Origin: Tubiluchus corallicola | Taxonomy: Eukaryota > Animalia > Priapulida | Assembly: GCA_030141605.1 (NCBI GenBank) | Contig: JAQGDQ010000004.1 | Coordinates: 1,426,001 to 1,490,000 of the forward strand | Length of the DNA stretch: 64,000 nucleotides | Direction: 5' to 3' | Part shown: piece after piece, positions 1 to 12,150 of the stretch | How positions within the stretch are numbered: position 1 is the first letter of the stretch | Layout of the letters: the number at the start of each line of letters is the position of its first letter | Made by a program: the position numbers and the translations under genes | The notes under the pieces: generated by a model | What the model saw: only the letters and a program-made list of their open reading frames with translations | What the model was told of the DNA's origin: nothing | Database searches by the model: none

Positions 1-377
1 TTAAAATTTATATACGATAATCAGAATTATGCAAAAAGATTTCAATTTTCAATTCTCATCACTCAATTAAAAGCTTTTCCATTTGAGACACCAAGTTGTC
101 GAAACTGATAGTGTACCGTTCATTTAAATTTGTTTCAATTATTTTCAGTAGTGTGGCATTTGTGCAGGAACTTTAACACTTTTACTCAGAAAAAACTCCC
201 AGTGTACAGGACCCATGTTTATTTCCAGCGAATACAATATGTAACGTCTACCTAAAAATTGTTGCATAAATTTTTTTATGCTGTTTCAATAGGAAGACTT
301 AGCTTGCGAAACTTTTAATTTTTCCAAATTCGCCAATCGTAAGTAACAATTACGCCTTCAAACAACCTAGCATGACC

Positions 378-466
378 TCTTCCTCCTCCTCCTCCTTTCC
401 GCCTCCTTCTCCTCTTCTTTTTCTGTCTTCTCTTCCTCCTCCTCCTCCTCCTCCTCCTCCTCCTCG
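378..466 (+). repeat. (TCC)n-rich pyrimidine tract
   Basis: Direct reading. Confidence 0.9.
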
Positions 467-1803
467 ACTAGTAGAGAGGTATCAATAGATCTGACATTTC
501 ATAAATGTCACGTAACCGTTACATAATATAGGTTGAAGCATTTTTATTTTTATTAAAAGCTTCATATGTTACAACTGCTGCTGATTTTACTGTTTTAAAA
601 CGCTAATTTGTAACTGAACGAGAACAGAAAAAACGTTTTCTCAGATTGGAATTGCATCGCAGCTGGATTTGTTATCTGGCCTATATTTAGCTCTAAATCT
701 TCTTTTTAAACCGAAATCATGTATTTTCAGCTATGTTGCAAAATAAACGCAATAAATAAAAAACTTTACGACCCTTAACAGCTGTTTTAACCCTATGGTT
801 CTTTTGAATTAGGGTTATTTAATTATTTATAATCGGTGACAGTTATGATGCTTAACCAACATTCAGCCCTTTATTAGCCCATTTCTTTTTATGGAGGCAA
901 TTTTTTTTCGGTTTTGACGCCTTTATCCCCTTGCTCCCCCTCTCTCTTTCCCCCAAGCCTCTCTCTTTCTCTCTCTTTCTCTTACTCTTTTTTCACTCTC
1001 TATGTCTCTTTCTTTAGCCATCCAAATATGAATGTACGTCTAGTCAAGAATTAAATGGTAACTGGCATATCAGCTAAGGCCTAACTTAAAGTAAACAGCG
1101 AGTATTGCTAACTTATAAGTCGATTTACATAGTGTATTTACATATTCCTGCACAGATACCGATAATTTTGATTTTCTTTGATACATTTACATTTCGTGTA
1201 TCATATTGCTTATTAACATTGGATGTTTTAAAATTTTAATAATTTAAGAATATCAAAGGTTTTCTGGTAAGTGCACTCAAGAATACTGTTAGGCCGCTTT
1301 TAATGAAATTCAACAATAATGTATGCCGATCGACTCCCGCTACAAATGCTTTATTTTATATTCCCCAACAGCACTCTAGTGCCAGTTTACTGGGTGAACG
1401 GATCAAGGGTTTAATCCTATTCAGAAATTGCTGGTGATGATGACGAACTACCACGAGGCTAAGTAATTTATCATCTCGTAAAATGTTTTCGTCATTCTTG
1501 CAATACCTCTATGAAAGTTTACAGTTAAGCATACGGTTAACAGTTTAAACATAAGATTACAGTTAAACACTTATCTGAAAGGCAATTATCACGATACGTC
1601 TAGACGTACGTCCAAGTTACGTTTTCGCATAGGCAAGAGCCGAAAATCTTTTTATATAATTTGTTTTGTTCGTACGTCCTGTACTCATTCTGCAGCAGGC
1701 TGCGTGTTTTTCCAATTGTAAGTAAATTGCCGGTGTTTTTTCTTGTGTTCCTTGAAAGGGTCCACCAAGAATTAAACTTTTTCAACAAATAAAGTCCGAT
1801 TTA

Positions 1804-2318
1804 GGGCCTATTAACGCAGTGCGCTTTTGACGCATGAATCAGACGCATGAACCAACTGAAAATTAGTTAAAACAGTAGAAGTCATTGGACCTGTTTGCCT
1901 TTTATTCACAATTTCACTGTTCATTAAATCTTCACTGCTTCTACCTACCACTGGCTCCCAGGCTGATAGCTAATCTGTCCTGGGCAGCCTATCTGTTATC
2001 TTTTCTGTGATATGGCTCACTATGTGTATCACACAGTGCAGGATTGGTACGATAGTTCAATCAACTGCAATGTGGCTCCTTGCTTTGCAAGTCTAGTTGC
2101 GATTCCATGCTGTCAAAATGTTCGGCAAGATTGTTTTTCCTTCCCCAAAATGCCACTAACAATGACAACTCACATGACCCAGCGCTCATGTGACCCAATC
2201 TAACTTATCTGATTGGTCTGGTTCTAATATCCTGCTTGCGATGTTGCTAAAAATTCAGACGAGTCATGGAATCGCATCGCATGTACAGTTTAAACGGTGC
2301 GTTCGTGTTAGTAGGCGC
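1804..2318. mobile_element. Putative PIF/Harbinger (Tourist-like) MITE
   Basis: Imperfect TIRs GGGCCTATTAACGC / GTGTTAGTAGGCGC (11 of 14 match) with TTA on both sides. Confidence 0.4.
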
Positions 2319-2946
2319 TTACACGGTGCGATGCTATTCTGTCTCATGCGATAGACATATTCAAATTTCTTGCCACAATGTAAGCAAGACGTAATGTAAG
2401 CAAGAACGTAACCAATCACATAGGTGCAATTTGGTCAAGTGCACATGATGTACTGCACTTGGAAAAAGAAGGAAAGGAACAGTGTTAATGCATGGCATTT
2501 CGTGTTGAAATGCAAATAGGAAAACAAACATCATGTTGATTTAAATCGTTTCACAGTTTTTGACTGTGAAAACAACATATTTATAGTTTAGTAGTTTTTA
2601 AATTATGCCCGAAAAGCTTTTTCATGTTAAAAAACAACAATGTCAGCTGATCATCAACGCATAAAGCACTCCTCAATACATGGAGCAAAACAATAAAGAA
2701 ACCAACCAGTCTACATCAAGGTCAATACCAGGAAAAGTAAAGGATTGATAATTTTGACATTTCTTGCCAAAAATGGCATTTATTCCTCTTCATTACGGCA
2801 TCTGTAATTCCCTTTTAAAGAAAAAGTGTACGATGGCCGCACAAAACACTCATTGTAGATTTTAACCGTAGTGACAAAACATCGGCATATTTTTTGTGCC
2901 ACCTGATATACAGGTAAATTGTATCAGCTAGCATTAATTTTCCCAG

Positions 2947-3200
2947 TTATAACATTATCGGTTAGAATTTTTGTTATTAACACTCTGCGTTTTGTGGTGT
3001 TACAATATGCCCCAAACTTCCGGTTATTATATTAGTTTGCGTTTTAGGGACCTTAATTATGCATTCGTTTTTTATTGCTTTATCAGTAAATTTTATTACA
3101 TTATCGGTTATTTGTTACATTTTGCGTTCATTTTTATTACAATATGCGTTTATTTTTGGTATTACAATATCAAGTGTTTATTACATTATCAGTTGAAACA
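2947..3200 (+). repeat. Degenerate ~20-nt motif array (TTATTACAWTATSRGT), probably MITE subterminal repeats
   Basis: Repeated TTATTACATTATCGGT / TTATTACAATATGCGT variants. Confidence 0.6.
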
Positions 3201-5744
3201 GGGCCCATTGTTCGAAATGGGGTAAAAAATTATATTAACGAGCGAAGCGACTGGGTGACTGTTAGTATTCCCAGTAAATACCATATGATCTATGTTTGAA
3301 TTGGTGTTTGAGGAATACAACTGAAGCAGTACATTTTAGCGCACTACAGTTATTTTACCACTGTAACAGTATTCTTCCATAACTTGTCATTGTTTTGATA
3401 ACTTTTATAACGTTAATTATCGAAGCTTGCACACTTAGAATTCTTATTAACACACTTGTAAATATTCAGCTGCCAAGTTACGTATGACACACAAAGTTGA
3501 TTGATTACAATGTAACTTGCACAATTTTCTGTACATTTTTTCCTAATAGCAAGAATCTTTCAGTTGGATTTCAATTGTGGCAGCTATGATTTTCCCGTAT
3601 AAAAAAGGCCAATCCCTTTATGGTCGCACAATAGACGCGGTTTTTCACACAGTGCGTGTAAAGGCTCAACGAAGGATATTGAATTTCTTAAACTTTAAAT
3701 CACAATATAGCAACGAGCACAATTTGCAATATGCAGGCAGCGCAAAATATTTAAAATGCCGTTTGCTTTTAAGCAGCTTATTTTTAATCCACGCTTTTCG
3801 TGAAGCCTTTTGTTGGGCTTGGAATTACAAAATGAAGTATAGTCAGGCTGCACTTGGGATATTTAAAATATTCCTTGTGAGTACATTTTCTACGCACATT
3901 GTCATATCTGAAGTTGTCAAATCTTGTCTCGTCAAAGCGCAGCCATTTTGAAAAATATTTTGCAAACCTAAAATTGATAAATAGGCAGAATAATTGATTC
4001 TACGCGTAATGGATTGCAACGCCTCATCAAAAACAAGAGAAGTTTAATTTTTGCAAAAAAATATGTGAAAGTATCACAGTTCTTTTAGATAACCATGCAA
4101 CAATACACTTTTCCAAATACTAGTGGATAAGGACATCTCACGTGTAGCAATCAAATGCCTAACTCATTAACAAGTAGCACAATAAAAGGCAACGAGCTAC
4201 AAAGCAATTTACCTAACATGAAGTGCATTTGAAGTACATTTTGCTGATGTTTTCATTCAAGATAATCGTGGAAAGATATTCATGAATCAAGCTTCTGTGA
4301 GTTTACATTAGGAAGCCACTTTGTTTGGCAAACGTTAGGTGAGTCAAGTAGAATGTCAACAGCAGCCAGTGTACAGAGAATAAGAAGCCACGTTTCTTGT
4401 CTCTATGACATCACGGACAATTGAACGTGCATCGTAGTATTAATAGAGCAGCATCGCGTTGGGGCTATTCATGACCCGCGTAATTGTGAGGCTTTAACTG
4501 AAAAGGACCTAATTTCTGGCTAAGATGAAGCAGCAGCGGACCGGTCGAAGGTGTGTTAGCCATGTTCGAATGCTTAACCCATATTCCAATGCTCAATGCA
4601 TGCTCCGTTAACGAATAATTAGACGAAGACCGTATAGCCGTCTGTAGAACTGCAGGCAGTCACCTATCCATTTATCGGCCAGTAAATGCACACGAAGACA
4701 TGTCCTCATCCTGGCAGCACACAAGCATTCGTAGCCACCTATATATTAGCGGCGATAAGTCTTAACGGTAAACTAATTTAATCAGTGACTTGAGTATTAC
4801 TTGGTTCATTGAAAACTGGAGTGTGAACACCGGACAGAAAATCCAGTAGATGGAGGGAAGCAGCACAGCATGTCTATTATGACCACTCTTTATCTTTGCG
4901 TCCGGCTAGGATTACGAGATGCTCCTGCATAAAGATGCAGGAGATGACTTTGCATGGGTTTCCCAGTCAGAGTCAGAGTTAGGACTCTTGCCTAGCTTAC
5001 AAGAAAACAATGAACCAGACTTTCCGGGTCACTGGAAGTAAAAGAAGAAAGACATCATTATACTCCCTCAGAATTTCAAAAAAGATTGTCAAGATCATAG
5101 CGCTTGATATCATAAAAGTGGTGGCCAATATTTTTCACATTGATAAGAAATTTTGTTTGCTCCATTTTCGATCAAGCATAGCGAAACAAAGGCGGGTGAT
5201 AATTTATATCACAAATTACTGGTTAGTGCAAATGAAAATAGAACCTGTTTATGTGGTTTTACACACATACACCACTTAGTTTACTACTGTTTATTCATTA
5301 AAGACAGTAAACAGCTTCCAGTGCCAAATAAAGTTTTAGGGCAGTTTTTAGCTCAATATAAGAAACTACAAGATATAATAAAGAAGATGTAAAAGATCTG
5401 CAAGTTTGTGCTTTGGGGATCTCTTTATCTTTTTCTTCGTTTATACTTTGAAGAGCATTGAATTCACATAGCATTGGATAAGATTTATTAACAACAAAAC
5501 ATTGAGCTTAACTTGCAGCAATGATATTTATTGTGATAATAGAGTCCCTTGAAGAAAGTTCAATTTTGGCAACAGTACTTTTTCAACCAAACTCAATTTT
5601 TCACAGTATGCTATATATATATACATGCATACTGTTGTAGCCAATGAAGTATATATACATTAATGATACATATATATATATATGTCAGCATATGTATCAG
5701 CATATTAGAGTGATTATACATAGTACTCACAAAGAGGCCTAGAC

Positions 5745-5824
5745 TATATAAGAAGCCTTGAATTTTTCCATGTGTCATTTGAATTTCGAAATGACACATG
5801 GAAAAATTCAAGGCTTCTTATATA
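5745..5824. repeat. Perfect inverted repeat, 36-bp arms, 8-nt spacer
   Basis: TATATAAGAAGCCTTGAATTTTTCCATGTGTCATTT-gaatttcg-AAATGACACATGGAAAAATTCAAGGCTTCTTATATA. Confidence 0.95.
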
Positions 5825-7369
5825 CCTATGGCTACAGAACTGTATGGAAAGGAAAATCAGCTATTTATATAAAAAATGATTTATTGTTTTCTTTAAATGA
5901 AATAGATATTAACGTAAGCAGTGGTGTGTGAATAATAATAAAATCATATAAAATTAAAAATGAACACCAAAACCGTTACAAATATCATAGTTATTTTAAA
6001 ATCAAATGAATTTATTGGCCCATAAACCATGAACAACAATGCTAAACAAACGTTTGCCATGTAAAAATGATTTGCCATAATTAGCATACCTTAGCTGACA
6101 TTTCAAAAATAGTATAAAAAAATTCCTCAAGAACAAACAAGTAATAATATAACCACCACTCAACTAACAATTAATTTAATTGAACAATATTAATTTACGA
6201 ACAGTCATAAATTAATGATACCTGATTAATGAGTAATGATTACCGGTTAATGAGCAATGAAAAAGAATTCTGTCTTGCACGATAGTGAACAAATCAAACG
6301 GAAAGCACTGTGTCATTGTCCAAACGTTGCTCTAGCGGAGCCCCAAAAATAGACCCACTTTCACCTTCAGAAAGATTCTCACTTAACAAATGTAACTGAA
6401 TTCCTTTGATTCAAACATATTTATCTTAGTCTCACTTACTTCGTTTACTTTTACTTTACGTTACGTTACTGTTTCTTCTCAGTATTTCTGATTTTTGATG
6501 TCAACTGATATTGTGTACTTTTGTTCAGCATTTCTTGCATATATGTCTATCACTACTATTTATTATTTTTTATATTAGGGCCTAGTTGTAATTACACTAT
6601 AATATAAAAATCTACGGAATTTCTTTGCATAGATCATGAGATAACACCTGTATTCTATGCATGATTTTCTCATACAACGTTGAGACAGTTGGATTGTACA
6701 CGACTCAGTAAAGTTCTATTACGGTCTACTGCTTCCAAAGTTTGACTTTAAAGACAGTAAGTAAATGCAGGCATACTGTTAAATACACAGAGGCTGTAAT
6801 GCTAATTGTAGTGGAAACAGATTCACCATAAACAGCGATTACGGCTACAATGAATCAAATACGGATGTTTCATTAGACGTATGCAAGCCTTTGTCGTATT
6901 AAAACAAAATCATTGGATTGAGCGATATAGATCCGTTAACGGGGCGGTACTTCATACTACTAACTGATCAGAGACCATGGTCGACTTTTCATGTTCGGCC
7001 TAATACCGCAAAAAATATCGTAGTTGACAGGATCCAGCACGGAGACTTCATTTTTTATGAACATTTTATGTGTACATGTTTTACGTGTTCTATGAACTTT
7101 TAGTTCAAATTATAATTTTACTTACTTACTAAACTGGCGCCCTAATGCACTGTCCTGATACGCAGCTACATTTCAGATACGAACTATTCAAAAACTTTAT
7201 ATTTGTCACCATGGTACACTAAAAATTTGTGAAAACAAAATAAACTTACCATATTCAAATGAAAGATCATTTTTCAGCGCTCAGTACGCTATAAATTGCA
7301 ACCTAGAGTTATGAAGCCTAAAAGTGAAGTGATGCATAGAAAGACGGAACATTGATAATATTAGCAACT

Positions 7370-7812
7370 ACATACTATGGTCTAGCATTCCCTTATTTAA
7401 AGTATGGAATACTTACATGGGGAGCTGCCAAAAAACTACACTACTCTTGCTGTTTATCAAAATAAAATTGTTAAAACTATTTGCTTCGCTAATCTCAGAG
7501 AACATTCAACGCCGTACCATAATCAATTGAAAATTTTAAAAATAACAGATATATACAAGCTAGAATTGGCCAAATTTGTTTTTAAATTTAAAAATAATAT
7601 GCTGCCCCAACTTTTTAACGGATAAATGAGCGAACCTTCTGCCTTACATCGTTTTGCCTCAAATAATAGTGTATACAACACAAACAAAGCTCAGTGCTTT
7701 CTTAAATAATAAGGTCCCCACATCTGGAACTCTATTCCCCAAGAAATTACAAACAAATCAATTCATTATCTTATCAATAAATATAAAGAAAAATTAATAT
7801 CTGAGTATATAG
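7370..7812 (+). mobile_element. 3' fragment of a CR1/L2/Crack-group LINE ORF2
   Basis: YYGLAFPYLKYGILTWG...QNKIVKTICF...HSTP...LKILKITDIYKLE..KF....GPHIWNSIP, typical of the post-RT region; frameshifted. Confidence 0.75.
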
Positions 7813-8532
7813 CTTTTTAGATCTGTGATATGCCAAAAGTTGTGTAATTTTTGCTAAACTAACTGTAATTAATAACTACTGTTTTTCTTACTTCCATTTA
7901 AGTTGAAATCCTTGTACTTGGCCTAACGCTATTATTTTTCATAAATTTTTCTGCTAAGTGTCAATTAAATTCACCAATAATGTTAACTGATGCTATTTAA
8001 GTTGATATTGCATTTCATTTCTTTTAAATACTAGGTAAATTAAAATACAAATGCTCAATTCATACTGAATCCGGTTATTGCAGGCGTTAATTAATATTAT
8101 ACAGATTATTTCTGTCACTCTGCACAAATCCTTCAGTATACATTACAGCTTACATGTATGTTATGGAGGTAAGGTACACCTTTCGTATATCTTTAATATT
8201 TTTGTAATCACCAATGCTCATCCTAAAATATTTTAAGATATTTTTCTTTTCAACTCTTTTTTTTATGACTCAACATACATCTTTATCCACTTACACTACA
8301 AGCGATTTTTTTTCTTTTTACTTTCTTTTGGTCTTGGTAAATAATAATTTTAAAAACATAAAATAATCCAGGTTAAATTTTACATTTAAAAATAGACACG
8401 TTTGTCTCTTTTTCTTTCCCGTGATCGAACATTATTTTATTAGAACTTTTGTATTATAATTCAATCAACAATCTTGTTAAATGCAAAATCTGATAACTTT
8501 TAAATACTTGGTATACGCGCATTAATTAATTA

Positions 8533-9176
8533 CTAGCAAAGGCCCGGCAAAAAGTTTTGCTTATAAATCCACTTATAATCAACAAATGCGCGAACATCCT
8601 ACCTAGTGTTCGTTTATTTACCTAACGCAAAGTCAGCAGCAACAGCTTTAGTGAATTAAAGTTATAAGGTTACAGACAGAGTATAATGGATGACGTCAGA
8701 ACAATGGCTTTGCGTCAGCAGTTTTCCAAACGAAAATCGTGCGAAATGAAACCTCCAATTAACTCGTCACAGCTACTCTTGGTGGACGTGTACTAAAATA
8801 TAGCCCACGTCATCGTGTAGCCCTGTTCTTCTTCTATCTAAAGAGCTATATATCTCCTTTCGAGAGTTCCACCAGGCGCCGCTAGAAGGTTTTTTCTGCA
8901 GACCGTTTGACCAAAATAGGCGAATTTTAAATATGCCTACTTACACCCACCGTTGAACGCTATCTATCCATGGTCAGCACCATCCCCGACCCGTTCCCGT
9001 TCTCCAGAAATAAGAGGTATAACTTTTGCAAAAAACGGCCGAAAAATGGGCCGATTCGAAAAATAAACCATCAATGGCACGACACTAGATCGAGACTTTT
9101 CATTTGATATATAGATCGCCGCAAATGGTGCCGCCGTCGAAGCTGTAGCCTCGAATCTTATATATATATATATATA
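8533..9176 (-). mobile_element. Putative non-autonomous Helitron-like element
   Basis: A|CTAG followed by a short GC-rich motif (GGCCCGGC) at one end and a (TA)n tract at the other; interior GC-richer than flanks; canonical 5' TC not seen. Confidence 0.45.
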
Positions 9177-12016
9177 AGGGTGGTTGACTTCGATAACTCG
9201 TAGTTCTTTCGCCACCTTTTCACTACTCTAACCAATAATCACTTTTGCATTTTGCTGTATAATTGTATGTTGTAGAGAATTATAAATCATTTAGTTTTAT
9301 ATTTTGCTGTTATAAAAATGGTGCTAAACTAATAAACTTACTTACTTAGCCGTGTGCTTAATATCATCCCTAAAGAATGCTTTATGGGTGTATGAATTAG
9401 TGTAGCCGACTTTCGCCATGTTAGATACGCAGCTTTATGTTGGCCGAAGGTTGATAGGTATCTGTCTACAATCTGGCTTGGAATAAAATATTACTTACTT
9501 AATCCAGTGGAAGTGCAACTAGCCACAAAACTCCGTATAATGTGCTTGGAAACGGCCTGCGTGAGAAATTCACAGAAGCATTTTTGAAATCAAAGAATTT
9601 GCTTTGCCACAATAAATAACGTCCAATCTGATTATGGTACGCGACCAAATGCTCGAAATATTTTCTTATTTTGTCTGTAGATCGACAAATGAAAGTTTAG
9701 TGACCGCTTTTATATTTCAATGACCGGAATTAGAAGCTGCAACTCTTAACTCTCTTGAGGACGTGTTAGGTTGAACTAAAGTGAAAGCCAGTATATACAT
9801 CCACGACATTGGGATGATAGGAAACGCACAGTTTCTGTTAAAGGTTTTTTGTTCCCTGTGGAGAAAATCGATGGAAGTGGCAGGATAACGGCGAATGGAG
9901 AAGGACCTAGAATCTCAAGCAACAATCGTGACGTATAAAGATGTAAAATGACATACGAAAATGGATATTATAGAGATAGCAAAACATACGAAAGACAATT
10001 CTCGGCAGGAGGATGACACTGTTGTTGGAAAAATGGGTAGTCGCTTTATCACTAGAAACAAAATGAATATACATGATGGCGAGTAGGGAGGTCAAGACTG
10101 ACAAAAAGTGGAACGAGGACAGCATCTTAGCGCAACTGATTACATTGCATTTAAAGTATTTTTTAAACCATATTTATAGTTAAAGTCAAAGCAATTAAAC
10201 CAGTATTTTATGCTATACTATTTTTCAAATAATTTTTAGTAAGTCTAAATTTGGTCGTTGAACATTTCGTTGAGTAATGCAATTTATTTCTGTTAGCTTT
10301 GCCCTAATTAATTTAGCCCTAGTTACACATGTTGTATTTATTACCCAGGCTGCTTTTGTGCCCCTTTTAGATTATTTTCCCAGGACATGTATTATTTGAA
10401 ATCAACGATAATCTCGACATTAATATCGCAATAATTCATTAAATTAGTATTTGTCTAAGGTGTTAAATCATTGTTCTTTCGTTGCTTCGATGAGACCTTC
10501 CTGGTTTTATCTCAAATAGTTCTATTTGCAAATGCAATGAAGCCATTTCTACGCATGAAACTTCATACGCGGCTTGTTAATAGAAGCGCTCTATCATCAC
10601 TCGCCTGAGCTGACAAATTACGCAGCAAGCTCTTGCAAATTATGAGTTGACTTTGCTCACAATACAAATTATGCACATCTGGGTGAGCACTAATGTCTGT
10701 TGCCTCTAGTTATCTTAGGAATTCATTGCCGGTTAACATCGCCTTTTATAGCCTAGTATTTATACCGATGTATGTAAAACGACATTCATAAGATTCATGA
10801 CAATGGTAAGTAAGCCAAAGTTTATGAGACATTTTTAGACTTATCCGCCCGAACATGCCACGTGCATCACATGCTAAACCTTGTACCGAAGTATATCAGA
10901 AGAATTTTTAACTTGGTTAAAAATAGCATAGTGGAAAAGCATAGTTAGGATGTATAGTTTTAGAAAGATTACCTTTTGAAATAAATTCGACAAGCAATTT
11001 CACTCACCATATCCACATTCAAAGTCATTTTTCTGTCCACCTTCCTCTTTCTTTGTTGTTCGGTATTTCATTTTCACCTCTCTATTTTTGCATGTTTTGT
11101 TTGTGTGTGCAGTCTATAGTAATTATTGCTTTTGGACTACGGGTAAAATGATTGGAATGTATGTATTTCTTTATTTGTAATAAATAATTCGAGTTGAGGG
11201 CTACAGTCACGAAATTTGCAGTATGGATACCTGGCGTAGGAGCCTTGAAAATGACATGGTAAACGGGTGACGTTGGTTAAAGAGTCAAGAACACCGAACG
11301 CCAGTCACTTCTTTGATTGTCATTCAACTCCTCCTAGGCCTTCGAGTTAAATTCAGTTTCTTGTTTTAAGTATTTAATTATATAAGATAATTTACGTGTT
11401 TTTCATACGCGAGCAGCGCGAATTCCAAGACCACTTAATGTTAGGCATCCAGCACTCGCATTAAATTTTTGAGATATTGACATGAGTTAGCCACACTCGA
11501 TCAGATATAGTAGGTGTAAACACGGCCAGGGCGTCAAGCTTGCAAGTCTGAATCGGATCTGAATCCATTCAGTCTTGTTAGGTAAAATAATTATTCTGAT
11601 TCTTAAATTTTCATAGTATGTATTATATTCATAGTTAACATCATTCGTTATCACTTTTATCGCTGAATTCTCGGCGAAACCTCAATGAACTCCCTACAGA
11701 CGATCACTCACTTACGTTTCAATCATTTGGGATAACAGCTATTATGGACGTCAGTTTACACTCTATCGACTATGAAATTCTGAATTATATGGCTATAATT
11801 TACCGTATTTCTGATTTCATTTCGTCTAAATTTGCCTTGACGTAATTTTATCGACAAAATCAAGATGTCAGTAAAAATCAGTTCATTTTGCTTAACGAAA
11901 AGTGGTTGATCAGAAATTTTAAACGTTGGGTGGTGAAAAAGAACATCTAAATTTATAGTCAGTAGTAATGTTACGCTTGCAGCTAAGTAGCAGCTGATTA
12001 TCCCTGTCGCAATTGT

Positions 12017-12150
12017 GAGAAAGGAGGAAGAGGGAGACAGAGAGTCAGAGCAAAAGAGAGGAGAGAGATAGAGAAAAACAGAGGGAAGAATGAGGGAGAG
12101 AAAGGAAAGAGAGAGAGAGAGAAAGGAGAGGAGAGGAGGAAGGCCGAAAA
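12017..12150 (+). repeat. GA-rich purine tract
   Basis: Imperfect GAGA/GGAA tract. Confidence 0.85.

Noticed and set aside
2947-3200. Repeat/spacer-like array resembling CRISPR
   Set aside because: Degenerate, irregular spacing, no unique spacers, no cas genes, eukaryotic context
3577-3951. 124-aa plus-strand ORF
   Set aside because: Non-ATG start, no domain, composition like non-coding or TE DNA
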